A stretch of DNA of 64,000 nucleotides from an uncultured Desulfobacter sp. (GCA_963665095.1 OY762069.1:6368001-6432000), one strand, 5' to 3'. Positions 39,690-50,195 are shown, numbered from the stretch's first letter. Program-made: numbers and translations. The notes: generated by a model not told the origin, from the sequence alone.

Positions 39690-39846
39690 GGGGATTCTCC
39701 CTTGGGCAAAGCGCTTGTTTGGGCCCATTTCATAAAATAAAGTCTTTTATTTTAGCGGCTGCCATTCACCTGGCTTCAACGGTGTTCGACCCAGGTTCAA
39801 CAAAACCGCCATAAGCACCGAATATAGTGGTGATATGGAAACAAGA

Positions 39847-40180
39847 TTATATTTTTGTATTTGAAATATTTGATATCTCCTTCAATAAGTTTTCGACAGC
39901 TTTGGTGGGCAAGGCTGAAAAAATATCTTCCGCTATTTCATTAATACTTATAAGTGACTCCCCAAGCACTCTTTCGCCTGCCTCGGTAATTTTCACCAGG
40001 CTAACCCTGGCATCTCGATCGTTTTTTTCTTTTTTTATTAAGCCGATTCTTTCCATGGGCGCAAGCATGCGTGTTATACCGGATGCTGTAAGTCCGATAC
40101 TTTCTGCCAAATCTGCTCTTCGTGTCTGTTTTTCCTTTTGACTGAACAGGTTACGCATAACGAGAAACTTCGAATAGATA
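39847..40180 (-). pseudogene. N-terminally truncated MarR-family regulator
   Basis: FLVMRNL...RRADLAESIGLTASGITRMLAPMERIGLI...RDARVSLV; the expected N-terminal helix is occupied by the 3' end of the lipoprotein gene; possible restart at 40158. Confidence 0.6.
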
Positions 40181-41347
40181 TCATTCGTCAGCCCCGATAT
40201 AATTGGCTTCAAATTTGATGGCAATTCTGTCTCCTGTTGTAAAATCAACACCTGTCTCTTCGTCGAGGCTGATACCATAATCAATTTTTACTTCATTTGC
40301 ACTGATGACGGTGATGCTGGCGGCATACCGGTTCTCAGTATCATCGTTGCACAAGGCATCATTTGATCCTGTTTCACAGACCGTGAAGTCTGTAATATGG
40401 GTGTGTTCCGGGATAAAGTCACACCGCCACTCCCACAAACCGGCATCTCCCGAGTTATTCACTTTTTCAAATATTGCAGTGGGGTCAAATGAGATACTTG
40501 TGCCATCTGCATTAAACGCCACAGGTATCCCGGCTGTTGTTGTTGTAAAACGGTCAATAACAGCGGTAAAGCCATCTATCCTGGTTATGGTCAATACATA
40601 GGGGGTGCCGCATTCTCTGCAATCTCTGGTTGCGGCACATGCAGTGAAGTCTTGTCCTATGCATCCAATAAGAATCAGCTCTTTATTGGAGGGATCATTA
40701 ATATCTTCGTCCCCATCGATAATGCTGAAGTGGGGTTCACCTACAAAATATTCACCTTCCCAGTAAGTTGTTGCGTCACTGTCTTCGGTATCATCGGCAC
40801 TGGTTTCATCAACGGCTACAAGATATGTACTGAAGTGATCTGTTTGTGCTTCCACCAGGTTATCTTCAAAATTTCTGTTCAATACCGGGACATCTTCCCA
40901 CTCATCTGTTTGTTCGTTAAAGTATATGAGGGAGACATCTTGTTCACTGGCACTGCTCCCGTCAATGATACCATCGTTATCTGTGTCTGAATAAGGCAAG
41001 GAGATAGCAACCGATGTTTCAAATACAATTCCATCAGGTCCGAATTCAATTTGTTCACCAGCGGACTGGTAAGATTCAGGAAGATCAAAATTTGTATCAT
41101 TCACCCGTAATGATATCGTTTGTTCCTCACTTAAAGCACCTGAGGGGATGATGACTTTGGCACCATATATATTGCTTTGAAGATCGGTTACCTCTAAAAC
41201 ACCGCCTGTTTCATCAATTGCTGTGCTAAACGTGCTTTCCTGCGGATTATCCCCTTGGTCACCTGTATCGTCATCGCTATTACAGCTGCTGAGGAGAAGG
41301 AAACTCAGACTCATTGCAAATAAAATAAATAAATGTTTTGTTTCCAT
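40181..41347 (-). CDS. Acidic lipoprotein with ZU5-like beta domain
   Basis: Lipobox LSSC; GGVLEV...IPSGAL, EFGPDGIVF...ISLPY, TDHFSTY. Confidence 0.75.
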   Translation of the reverse strand: METKHLFILFAMSLSFLLLSSCNSDDDTGDQGDNPQESTFSTAIDETGGVLEVTDLQSNIYGAKVIIPSGALSEEQTISLRVNDTNFDLPESYQSAGEQIEFGPDGIVFETSVAISLPYSDTDNDGIIDGSSASEQDVSLIYFNEQTDEWEDVPVLNRNFEDNLVEAQTDHFSTYLVAVDETSADDTEDSDATTYWEGEYFVGEPHFSIIDGDEDINDPSNKELILIGCIGQDFTACAATRDCRECGTPYVLTITRIDGFTAVIDRFTTTTAGIPVAFNADGTSISFDPTAIFEKVNNSGDAGLWEWRCDFIPEHTHITDFTVCETGSNDALCNDDTENRYAASITVISANEVKIDYGISLDEETGVDFTTGDRIAIKFEANYIGADE

Positions 41348-41587
41348 CTTTCCCCCATTATCCATCGGTTAAACATATCTGTAACTTCTCAATTTGATGC
41401 AACGCTTTTCGATTATTTCTGTTTTTCATGTCTCAGGGACCTTCCCGCCTAGGAATTTAAATGGTCCAGTCAATTTATACAGAATTAACAAGTTAAGATT
41501 CAAACTGATTTATAATTAAGCCTCGCCTGTCAAAGAATTCAACCCCAACGGTAATAAATCAAGCGTTTATTCTACGGCTGTTTCCGC

Positions 41588-43159
41588 TTAACATCCTTCA
41601 AATCTGGCCCTTCGGCCATAGGGAATTTTGAGCTTGTCCATTTTGTTTCTCAAGGTATTGGGGTGGATACCTAAAATTTCAGAGGCCCCGTCTTTCCCCT
41701 GCACCTTTCCGCCGGTCATACCCAGGACTTTCCGGATATGTGCCGATATGACTTCATCCAGCAGATAGGGGCCTTTTAACGCATCTGGGTTCTGTAATGC
41801 ATGATTACTGGATAGGTCTGGTTCAACCTCTTTAAATTCCAGAGGTTTTTCCGGAACAGCAGTCATGTTGCGTATGATGGTCCTCTCCACGAGGTTTTCC
41901 AGCTCCCTGACATTTCCCGGCCAAGGGTAATTTTTTAGTCTTTCCATGGCACCCGGAGCCAAAACAGGCTGCCTGGGAAAATTCATCTCCCTGGTTTTTT
42001 TCTCAAGAAAATAATGGGTCAGGGCAGGGATGTCTGAGCGGCGCTCGCGCAGGGGAGGGATCAGAATTGGGAAGACATTGAGTCTGTACCAAAGGTCTTC
42101 TCTGAATTTCCCCTCCCTGACCAGTTTGGGCAAGTCTCTATGGGTGGCGGCGATTACCCGGATATCCACTGGAATGGGATGGGACCCCCCTAAGCGCTCT
42201 ATCTCTTTATGCTCAAGGACCCGGAGCAGCCTTGCCTGGACCTCCAGCGGCAGTTCTCCGATTTCATCTAAAAATAACGTGCCTGTGCTGGCCCTTTCAA
42301 ATCGTCCTCTTTTCTGATTAAATGCACCGGTGAACGCCCCTTTTTCATGGCCGAACAGCTCACTGTCAATGAGATTGTCCGGTATTGCCCCGCAGTTTAC
42401 CTTGATAAAGGGATTGCCCGCCCTTGGAGACGAGTAGTGTATGGCATTGGCAATCACCTCTTTTCCTGTCCCTGTTTCGCCTAAAAGCAGGACCTGGCTG
42501 GTTTGGGGGGCAATCTGTTTCACCATTTCCATGACATATTTCAGCCCGAACTCATTACCGATAATTTTGTCTCCGGATTTGCGGTGCAACTGCTGATTCA
42601 GAAACTGATTGTCATCTACCAGCTGATCCTTGAGCCGGAGGATCTCCTGGTGTTTAACAGCGTTGGACATTGTCATGGCAAACGGGTTATGAACAAGTCG
42701 AATCAGACGGGCATGTTCTTTCGTATACCGGTCCTTTCCCCTGGCATAAAAAGCAATCACCCCTAATTTTTCTTCTTCAATGGCAAGATTAAGGATCATG
42801 GCAGACATATCTATACTGCCCATGGCTTTCCACATAAATCGGGCCAGGTAATTTTCTTCCGGGCGGTTAATTATATGAAGATTTTTGCCTTTATCCCTTT
42901 CTATCATTTCGCCGGCCTCCGGGGGAATAACAATTTTGTTTTCAGAAAAGGTAAAATCTTTATGCTCTGCAGCGGCAATAATCAGTATGGTTCGGTTCGC
43001 CGGATCATAAATATTCATTGCAACCCTGTCCAAAGGCATTCTCCTGCTGAAAAAATTTAAGCACCGGTTCAATATGGTCTGTATATCGATACTGTTACAT
43101 ATTTGTTGGGCTGCCTGGTGAATATACTCAAGATCGTTTATGTTTTTTGGAGGAATCAT
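41588..43159 (-). CDS. GAF + sigma54-dependent AAA+ activator (NifA/FhlA-like) with Fis HTH
   Basis: GETGTGKE, ELFGHEKGAFTGA, LFLDEIGE, FREDLWYRLNV, WPGNVREL, HTH LGIHPNTL. Confidence 0.95.
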   Translation of the reverse strand: MIPPKNINDLEYIHQAAQQICNSIDIQTILNRCLNFFSRRMPLDRVAMNIYDPANRTILIIAAAEHKDFTFSENKIVIPPEAGEMIERDKGKNLHIINRPEENYLARFMWKAMGSIDMSAMILNLAIEEEKLGVIAFYARGKDRYTKEHARLIRLVHNPFAMTMSNAVKHQEILRLKDQLVDDNQFLNQQLHRKSGDKIIGNEFGLKYVMEMVKQIAPQTSQVLLLGETGTGKEVIANAIHYSSPRAGNPFIKVNCGAIPDNLIDSELFGHEKGAFTGAFNQKRGRFERASTGTLFLDEIGELPLEVQARLLRVLEHKEIERLGGSHPIPVDIRVIAATHRDLPKLVREGKFREDLWYRLNVFPILIPPLRERRSDIPALTHYFLEKKTREMNFPRQPVLAPGAMERLKNYPWPGNVRELENLVERTIIRNMTAVPEKPLEFKEVEPDLSSNHALQNPDALKGPYLLDEVISAHIRKVLGMTGGKVQGKDGASEILGIHPNTLRNKMDKLKIPYGRRARFEGC

Positions 43160-43162
43160 TAT

Positions 43163-43230
43163 TTATCCCATATATGGTGAAGGTTTCGTTTGCCACCGCA
43201 TTTCGAAGTGCAATTATCCCATATATGGTG
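43163..43230. promoter_or_regulatory. Tandem 17-bp enhancer-like sites
   Basis: ttatcccatatatggtg at 43163 and 43214 (51 bp apart), each containing palindrome ccatatatgg. Confidence 0.7.
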
Positions 43231-43280
43231 GATTTTTCATAGTGAAGTTTTAACTTATTGAAAATACGAGGTTTGAAAAT

Positions 43281-43297
43281 TTGGCACGGTTTTGGCT
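43281..43297 (+). promoter_or_regulatory. Sigma54 -24/-12 promoter
   Basis: TTGGCACGGTTTTGGCT with GG-N10-GC spacing, facing 43427, divergent from the activator. Confidence 0.72.
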
Positions 43298-43426
43298 ATA
43301 TGATGTTTCTTAGACAATAAGAGGGATAAGGGGGGCAGTCATTCAGACATCACCGCCCCTAAAAAAATCCTTTTGGGTTAACAATATGGAAAAAAACTGT
43401 TTTTATTTTTCAAATGGGAAAAAGAG

Positions 43427-43750
43427 ATGAAAAAATTTATTATTGTAAGTATGGCAGTTGCGTTAGCTATTATGATTTCGGGGACATCATCTTTGGCTGA
43501 TTGCAAAAACACCCCCATCCAGGTTATCGAGCGTCCTGTCAGGATTGATTCCGGAGAGTACATGGGACGCGTAAGCTGCAGTATTCACCAGGGATATGTC
43601 AATACGGGCTTTGGTTATGAACTGGCGCTCATTAAACTGACAGCCGAAGCCCGGAAGATGGGTGCCGATGTCCTGGTTGTCCATAAATTTTCTGATATTA
43701 AAAGTGACGGATCCCTGAGTGGAGATATCTACAAAATGAATGGCAATTAA
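43427..43750 (+). CDS. Small secreted hypothetical protein
   Basis: Signal peptide ending SSLA; ALIKLTAEARKMGADVLV resembles the YbjQ/RcsF-type alpha-beta motif. Confidence 0.7.
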   Translation: MKKFIIVSMAVALAIMISGTSSLADCKNTPIQVIERPVRIDSGEYMGRVSCSIHQGYVNTGFGYELALIKLTAEARKMGADVLVVHKFSDIKSDGSLSGDIYKMNGN

Positions 43751-43824
43751 ACGTTTAACCCGGGTCAGGCGGCCTGTCTGATGCGTTGCCTGACCTGTGT
43801 GTTACTATTTGAAAGACATATCTG

Positions 43825-44145
43825 ATGCTGGATAGAAAATGGGTTGAAATCATTAATGCAAGGCTATCAAGCCCGCAAAATGAGAAGGTGATCAATGAGA
43901 TCGTTGATCATATAAAATCCGGCAGATGCCCGGAAACAGGAGCAAAGATAAATGCCGAACTTTATGCTAACCAGGATTTCGGGCTGGACTGGTCCATTCA
44001 TCTGATCTGGGACCGGGATGACGGGGTTCCCGGAAAAACTTCCCTGGGGATCAGCATCGCAAGTCTGTTCAGCAAGATGGGCCTGGTGAATCATTCTGTC
44101 TGGAAAACCATTCCAGAAAAAACAGAAGGAATGGGTAACAAATAA
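43825..44145 (+). CDS. Hypothetical protein
   Basis: 106-aa ORF co-oriented with 43427; KWVEII...DWSIHL...GLVNHSVW. Confidence 0.7.
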   Translation: MLDRKWVEIINARLSSPQNEKVINEIVDHIKSGRCPETGAKINAELYANQDFGLDWSIHLIWDRDDGVPGKTSLGISIASLFSKMGLVNHSVWKTIPEKTEGMGNK

Positions 44146-44206
44146 TAAAAGTATCCAGCGTACCGGTTTCTGGTAACGTGCGCGGGCTGAATACCCGGTC
44201 GAAATC

Positions 44207-44395
44207 CTACCTTTTATAATCTTCTTCAATGCACAGTTGAGCCATCCTGATTAACACCTCTGTGGGTTCAGCCCGCCACCCAAGTTCCTGTTTGGCCTGG
44301 GCCAGCAGTTCCTGGCCGATCTGGGATGCAACTTCAGAAGATGAATCCGGCGGATACAGGCTTTCGATCTGGCTGATTGCTTCTTCCCTTGTCAT
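44207..44395 (-). CDS. Small hypothetical protein (62 aa)
   Basis: GGAGGA RBS; helical-looking composition. Confidence 0.6.
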   Translation of the reverse strand: MTREEAISQIESLYPPDSSSEVASQIGQELLAQAKQELGWRAEPTEVLIRMAQLCIEEDYKR

Positions 44396-44697
44396 GTTTC
44401 CTCCCCGTTGGAATAGTGTTCTGAGCAGGACCGGCAGAGGGCCGGTTCCTGGAAACTACACATACCAGCGTACTAAAAAAGACAAATCGTCATTTATAGT
44501 TTTACTGTTGTGTAAGATGCCGATTATAATGAGATAATTACTTTTTAATATATAGCCATATTACCGGTATTTTTCCAGCCTTAAAATTTTTTATCTTTAA
44601 AAATTTGATGTCAGCTGAAAACTGCGACTTCGGATAGAGGACCTCTTGTGGGTATCTGGTTTTTGAGGTCATGAAACAGCCCGAAAGTGACATGAGA

Positions 44698-44900
44698 TTA
44701 CCTTTTTTCGGGCTGTGTGCCGTGTCCGGGAAAATCTGGTGTGGGAATATGCTCAAACGTCATGAGTCTGAGATCTATCTCCATCCAGCGGCCCTCAAAG
44801 GGTGACGCCTGCTCAAGCAGCACCTTGACAGCTTCAGTTGCCTGAATGCCGCCAATTACTGCAACCGTAAAAGAAAGAAAGGCGGCAACGGATTTTCTTT
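44698..44900 (-). pseudogene. C-terminal remnant of a ThiF/MoeB/HesA-family adenylyltransferase
   Basis: Frame reads LSFTVAVIGGIQATEAVKVLLEQASPFEGRWMEIDLRLMTFEH...*; upstream in-frame stop, no plausible start. Confidence 0.6.
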
Positions 44901-45006
44901 TCCATCACAATTCATGTAGAGTTGTTTAATAAGGAGGCTGGCCGGCGGTAAGGGCGCCTTTATTTCGGCTCAGGGTAAGGGGAAAACAGGTGATTGCATG
45001 CAGATG

Positions 45007-45044
45007 AAAAAAAGGAGGCAGGCCAAACGCGTCGACCTGCCTCC
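45007..45044 (-). terminator. Rho-independent terminator of the first pot operon
   Basis: ggaggcagg...cctgcctcc stem followed by a T-run on the minus strand. Confidence 0.75.
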
Positions 45045-45068
45045 CTGAATTATCCGGATATGAGACCG

Positions 45069-46118
45069 TTATTGGGACTTGGTCCGGGTCCAGGCCTGGT
45101 CGATGATCTGGTTGTCTTTACCCAGATCCTTGACAAAATGCAGGGTTTTCATGATTTCAGGCGTCGGCCAGATGCCGGGATTTTTTAAGTCTTCCGGTGT
45201 GATAAAGGGCTTGGCCGCATCATTGGGGGTGGCATACTGGTTATAGTTGGAAAGTGACGCGCCGACTTCGGGATCCAGTACCCAGTTGATCCACTTATGG
45301 GCCGCCTCAGCATTGGGCGCCTTGGCCGGAATGCACATGGAGTCGATCCAGATTTCAGAGCCTTCCCTGGGCACGATAAACCCGAATTTGTCCGGATCCT
45401 GGGAAACGCTTTGGATGGCATCCCCATTATATACGATGGCCGCATCCGCTACGCCGGAAACCACGTCGTTTTTGCCGCCCACACCGCCTTTAAATCCAAG
45501 ACAGGCCGCTCTTTTTTTGGTGGCGATGAGCAGGTCCGAGGCAGCTTTCAGCTCCTTGGGATTGGCCGAATTAAAATCATATCCCAGATACGCCAGGGCA
45601 ATGCCCAGCATCTCTCTGACCGAGTCAATCAGATAAAAGGGACCGACCTTTTTATCCGGGTCAAAAAGGATGGCCCAGGAAGCGACATCACTCTCTTTAA
45701 GCTTGGCCTTGTTGTACATCAGGCCCACGGTGCCCCACTGCCACCCCACGGAATATTTATTGCCCGGGTCAAAGGAGGCGCTCTGGAATTTATGCCCAAG
45801 ATTTTTCAGGTTTGGGATTTTGCTGTGATCCAGAGGCGTTAACAGACCGAGGTTGATCAGGCTGGGCATGATATAATCGGACGGAATAATCAGGTCATAC
45901 TGACCAAGGCCGCCGGCCTGAAGCTTGGCCATCATCTCTTCATTGGATTCATACATGTCCAGGTGAACCTTGATGCCGGTGGCAGCTTCAAAATCCTTGG
46001 GCATGTTCTCCTCGTCCATATATTCGGACCAGGTAAAAATTTTTAATTCCCCTGCTGACCATGCTGCGGCAGGGAGCAATAAAACCAGTGCCAGGACAAC
46101 TATCATCAACCGTTTCAT
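45069..46118 (-). CDS. potD: Spermidine/putrescine ABC substrate-binding protein
   Basis: LKIFTWSEY, YESNEEM, YDLIIPSDY, WQWGTVG, PREGSEIWIDS. Confidence 0.9.
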   Translation of the reverse strand: MKRLMIVVLALVLLLPAAAWSAGELKIFTWSEYMDEENMPKDFEAATGIKVHLDMYESNEEMMAKLQAGGLGQYDLIIPSDYIMPSLINLGLLTPLDHSKIPNLKNLGHKFQSASFDPGNKYSVGWQWGTVGLMYNKAKLKESDVASWAILFDPDKKVGPFYLIDSVREMLGIALAYLGYDFNSANPKELKAASDLLIATKKRAACLGFKGGVGGKNDVVSGVADAAIVYNGDAIQSVSQDPDKFGFIVPREGSEIWIDSMCIPAKAPNAEAAHKWINWVLDPEVGASLSNYNQYATPNDAAKPFITPEDLKNPGIWPTPEIMKTLHFVKDLGKDNQIIDQAWTRTKSQ

Positions 46119-46154
46119 CTCTCATCTCCTTTTTTTGTTCTTGTTTTCAAAAAA

Positions 46155-46958
46155 TTACTGTTTGATATTCACTTTCCGGGTAAACCGCTCCATGCTCACC
46201 ACCATGACGATGGTAACCAGGAGAACCAGGGTTGAAAGTGCATGAATCTGAGGGGTTACAGTCCTGCGGACCGCGGCAAAAATATACAGAGGCAGAGTGA
46301 CCGAATCCGGCCCTGCCGTGAAAAAGCTGATGACAAAATCATCCAGGGAGAGGGTAAAGGCCAGCATGGCGCCGGCCACGATGCCCGGCATCAGCAGGGG
46401 CAGAAGCACCTTTCTGAGCAGGTAGGGCGTATCGGCATACAGATCCCTTGCCGCCTCCTCCACATCTTTTCCGATGCTCACCAACCGGCTTCGCACCACC
46501 AGGGCCACAAACGCGGTCTGAAAGGTGATGTGGGCAATGATCATGTTGACCAGTCCCGGCTCGAAAACAGAGGCAGCCATGCGCAGGAACCCGAAAGCCA
46601 CCACCATTGCGGCGGCAAAGATAATATCCGGGATGATCACGGGAAGGTGGAGAATCATGTCCAGGACGGTGTTCATTCGCTTTGGCCAGGGAAACCGGTC
46701 CATGCCGATGGCCAGCACGGTTCCCAGCAGGGTTGAGATAATGGTGGAGACCACCGCCAGCACCAGAGTGTTCCAGGCGGCCTTTAATATCAGCTCATTG
46801 TGCAGAAGCTTAATATACCAGTCCAGGGTAAAGCCTTTCCAGACCAGGCCGTATTTGCTGTCGTTCACGCTGAAAAAGGCCACGGCCAGAAGCGGCAGAT
46901 ACAGAAAAAACATGGTGCTGATGGCCGCCACATTCACCAGGCGGGTAATGTTTTTCAT
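46155..46958 (-). CDS. potC: Spermidine/putrescine ABC permease
   Basis: FLYLP, GFTLDWY, EEAARDLYA, FTLSLDDFVISFF. Confidence 0.9.
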   Translation of the reverse strand: MKNITRLVNVAAISTMFFLYLPLLAVAFFSVNDSKYGLVWKGFTLDWYIKLLHNELILKAAWNTLVLAVVSTIISTLLGTVLAIGMDRFPWPKRMNTVLDMILHLPVIIPDIIFAAAMVVAFGFLRMAASVFEPGLVNMIIAHITFQTAFVALVVRSRLVSIGKDVEEAARDLYADTPYLLRKVLLPLLMPGIVAGAMLAFTLSLDDFVISFFTAGPDSVTLPLYIFAAVRRTVTPQIHALSTLVLLVTIVMVVSMERFTRKVNIKQ

Positions 46959-47860
46959 ATCAGGTCCACCCCCTTGCTTTTGCGTTTATACACATAGAGG
47001 CTGAGCATGGTAAGCACCATCAGGCCCATGCTGATGGCCGCGCCGAATGCCCAGTCCCGGCTGGCACCGAACTGCTGCTGGATCAGGTTACCCACCAGCA
47101 TATACTTGGCACCTCCCAGAAGATCCGGTACCACAAACATACCCATGGCAGGCACCAGGGTCAGGATCACCCCCACGGAGAGCCCGGGCAGGGTCTGGGG
47201 CAAAATGGCGTGCATGAAAATACGAAAGTTTGAGGCATACAGATCCTGGGCCGCCTCCACCAGGGTCCAGTCCAGGCGCTCCACACTGGAAAACAGGGGC
47301 AGGGCAACAAAGGGCAGAAACATGGAAATCATGCCCAGATAAACAGCAAAGGCGCTGGGATAAAGCGGCATCCCCGGTTGAATAAGTTTGAAAAAGGCGG
47401 CCAGTTTTGCAAAGGGCATTTCCGGTGCCAGAATGAGAAACCAGGCATAGGTCCGGATCACCATATTGGTCCAGAAAGGAATAATCACCACGGTGAGCCA
47501 TAAATACCGGGTACGTTCGGGTTTTCTGGCAATGTAGAAACACAAGGGGTAGGACAGAAGCACGGACAGGCCCGTGGTCACAATGGCCACCCAGACCGAA
47601 CGCAGCAAAATAAGCAGATAATCCGGGGTCCACCCGAATATTCCGAATCCCATGAGCCGCTTGTAATTTTCCAGGCTGAAATCCCAGACAAGCTGGCCAT
47701 AGGCCCCTCTGGCCGCAAAACTGACGGCAATTAAAATAAATCCGGGCAGTACCAGAAACAAGATGAGCCACAGCATTCCCGGAGATAAAAAGAAAAATCC
47801 GCGCTGGACAAGCTTTTTCTGGCTTAGCAGTTCGCCATACCAGACCATGAGCTTATTCAT
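46955..47860 (-). CDS. potB: Spermidine/putrescine ABC permease
   Basis: [37 protein letters not shown]; start at MNKLM. Confidence 0.9.
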   Translation of the reverse strand: MNKLMVWYGELLSQKKLVQRGFFFLSPGMLWLILFLVLPGFILIAVSFAARGAYGQLVWDFSLENYKRLMGFGIFGWTPDYLLILLRSVWVAIVTTGLSVLLSYPLCFYIARKPERTRYLWLTVVIIPFWTNMVIRTYAWFLILAPEMPFAKLAAFFKLIQPGMPLYPSAFAVYLGMISMFLPFVALPLFSSVERLDWTLVEAAQDLYASNFRIFMHAILPQTLPGLSVGVILTLVPAMGMFVVPDLLGGAKYMLVGNLIQQQFGASRDWAFGAAISMGLMVLTMLSLYVYKRKSKGVDLI

Positions 47861-48884
47861 GGAGGACCGCCATTTCTTTGGGTGCCAGATCCAGCCAGAC
47901 CTCATCCCCGATATGAATATCTTTGTAGGTACTGGTTCTGACCCTCACAGGCCCGGGGGTCAGCCAGATATCCAGATTGGTTCCCCGGTAAATGATCTCC
48001 GTCACCGTTGCCCGGATCGTATTTTTGGCAGGCTTGGTATCCTGGATCCGGATCCATTCCGGCCGGATGGCCACGGAGCCCTTCTCCCATGGGGGCGGGC
48101 TCTCCAGATCAAAAACACCTAAATCCGTATGGAATTTTCCCTCTTTGTAGACACCGTCAATGAGATTGGCGGCACCAAGGAATTCAGCAACAAATTTATT
48201 TTTAGGCGAGTCGTAGACCTGGTCCGGAGTGCCATACTGGATAATGGCGCCGTCACGCATGACCGCAATCCGGTCCGATACCACCAGGGCTTCATCCTGG
48301 TCATGGGTGACCAGAATAAAGGTGTGGCCCAGTTTCTGCTGGAGCCGTCGCAGCTCCACCTGAACCTGGGCCCGAAGTTTGGCATCCAGAGCCGACATGG
48401 GTTCGTCCAGCAGCAGCACCTTGGGCTCGTTCACCAAAGCCCGGGCCAGGGCCACGCGCTGGTTCTGACCGCCGGAGAGCTGATGGGGGTACCGGTTGTT
48501 CATCTGACCCAGCTCCAACATCTCAAGCACCTCGTCCACCCGCCGGGTCACCTCGGCATTGGCCACCTTGCGGGAGCGAAGCCCAAAGGCCACGTTCTCA
48601 AAGATGGTCAGGTGGGGAAACAGGGCATAGGACTGGAACACCGTATTGATCTGCCGCTTAATGGCCGGCAGCATGGTGATATCCTCCCCGTCCAGGACAA
48701 TGGTCCCTGAATCCTGAAGTTCAAGCCCTGCCATCATTCGCAGCAGGGTGGTTTTTCCGCAGCCGGAAGGGCCCAGCAGAGTAAAAAACTCGCCGGACCG
48801 GATTTCCAGGGAGATGTTGTTCACCGCCCTGACACTTCCGTATGACTTGTTAATATTTGTCAGATGCAGACCCGTCTCATTCAA
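47853..48884 (-). CDS. potA: Spermidine/putrescine ABC ATP-binding protein
   Basis: [44 protein letters not shown] start. Confidence 0.92.
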   Translation of the reverse strand: MNETGLHLTNINKSYGSVRAVNNISLEIRSGEFFTLLGPSGCGKTTLLRMMAGLELQDSGTIVLDGEDITMLPAIKRQINTVFQSYALFPHLTIFENVAFGLRSRKVANAEVTRRVDEVLEMLELGQMNNRYPHQLSGGQNQRVALARALVNEPKVLLLDEPMSALDAKLRAQVQVELRRLQQKLGHTFILVTHDQDEALVVSDRIAVMRDGAIIQYGTPDQVYDSPKNKFVAEFLGAANLIDGVYKEGKFHTDLGVFDLESPPPWEKGSVAIRPEWIRIQDTKPAKNTIRATVTEIIYRGTNLDIWLTPGPVRVRTSTYKDIHIGDEVWLDLAPKEMAVLHE

Positions 48885-48911
48885 CTCGTAACACCTTCTT
48901 TCTAAATAAAA

Positions 48912-50195
48912 CTAATCCAGTTCAAAGCCGATTTTAAAGGAGTTGTCGTCGATCACTTCCTTATATTCGGAGTTCATTTCCATCATGGCAGGGGGGAAAC
49001 CATACCCCTCCAGCCGCTTGATAAACGGTTCCGGGGGGAAACACTCAGGCCCCAGAACGCCGGAGCCTTTCCACTGGCCTTTGGCCAGAAGCTCCATCAT
49101 GATCACCGGTCCCACAGCTGTCTGGGCCACAATGGCCTGGCTGCCGTAGTGTTTCATGCACTCTTCATTGTCCACCATCTGGTAGATATAGATACTGCGC
49201 TCTTTACCGTCTTTAATGCCTTTCACCCAGACACCGGCCGACAGCTGTCCCTTCATGTGGTCCCCTAATTTTGCAGGGTTGGGAGAGCAGACACCGACCA
49301 CATCTCTGGGAGAGACTTCAACACCTTTGACATTAACCTTTTCTGTACTGGTGAGACCTAATGCTTCAAGAATCCTTAATACTCTTCTCATGTCTTTGTC
49401 TACACCAAATTTAAAGGTCACCCGTTTTAATCCCTTGTCCTTGAAAAAACGGGGAAACATGATCACTTCCTCATGTTCAATGTTAACCACTTCCTGGTCT
49501 CCCACAGGTTCCGGAAACCTGAAGATTTCCGGCTCGGAAAAACACTCGGTCACATACCAGCCCCGGTCTTTTTCCCAGACCACCGGCGGGTTCAGGCACT
49601 CTTCAATGGTGGTCCAGATGGAAAAACCAAAGGCAATGTCCACCCCTTCGACCTCCATGTTGTCGGCATCCCGGACATTGAGTTCGTGAAGCTCGTCAAA
49701 GAGATGGTCACTGGCATATCTTGCGAATACATTAATCATGCCAGGCTCCACCCCGGAACCGATAATGGCCAGATTTCCCTTTTTCAGCCAGTCATCGTGT
49801 CTGGCGTATTGAAGATCGCCCAGGGCCTGACCCATGGTACCGAAGGGATCTTTTTTATCCCTTTCGGACAGACTCATGGCCATGTCCATATACTTGCAAT
49901 CCGTCTCCAGGGCCGCGTTGAAAATCGGCATGTTGAACACCGGGTCACAGGCGTTCATGATAAAGTCAATGCTGTGGGTTTTGGTAAGAGCGATGATCTG
50001 GTCTTTGTCACCGGCATCAACCCGTTCCACCTTAAGTCGGGAATCGCCCACTCTGTTCGCCACATTTTGCGCGCGCTCCAGATTGTAATCGGTGACAAGC
50101 ATGAACTCCAGCCATTCGGCGTTCGGATCATTCATAATCGCTATCGATACAATGGCTTCTCCCACGCCACCTGCTCCTACCAGTAATACTCTCAT
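48912..50195 (-). CDS. Saccharopine dehydrogenase family protein, carboxy(nor)spermidine dehydrogenase-like
   Basis: GAGGVG, GSGVEPG, FSIWTTIEEC, NIEHEEV (HEE motif), GVLGPECF; first gene of the pot operon. Confidence 0.85.
   Translation of the reverse strand: MRVLLVGAGGVGEAIVSIAIMNDPNAEWLEFMLVTDYNLERAQNVANRVGDSRLKVERVDAGDKDQIIALTKTHSIDFIMNACDPVFNMPIFNAALETDCKYMDMAMSLSERDKKDPFGTMGQALGDLQYARHDDWLKKGNLAIIGSGVEPGMINVFARYASDHLFDELHELNVRDADNMEVEGVDIAFGFSIWTTIEECLNPPVVWEKDRGWYVTECFSEPEIFRFPEPVGDQEVVNIEHEEVIMFPRFFKDKGLKRVTFKFGVDKDMRRVLRILEALGLTSTEKVNVKGVEVSPRDVVGVCSPNPAKLGDHMKGQLSAGVWVKGIKDGKERSIYIYQMVDNEECMKHYGSQAIVAQTAVGPVIMMELLAKGQWKGSGVLGPECFPPEPFIKRLEGYGFPPAMMEMNSEYKEVIDDNSFKIGFELD

Noticed and set aside
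47088..50186. Long alternative ORFs 47088-47771, 48129-48710 and 49473-50186
   Set aside because: Off-frame or antisense to well-supported pot and dehydrogenase genes
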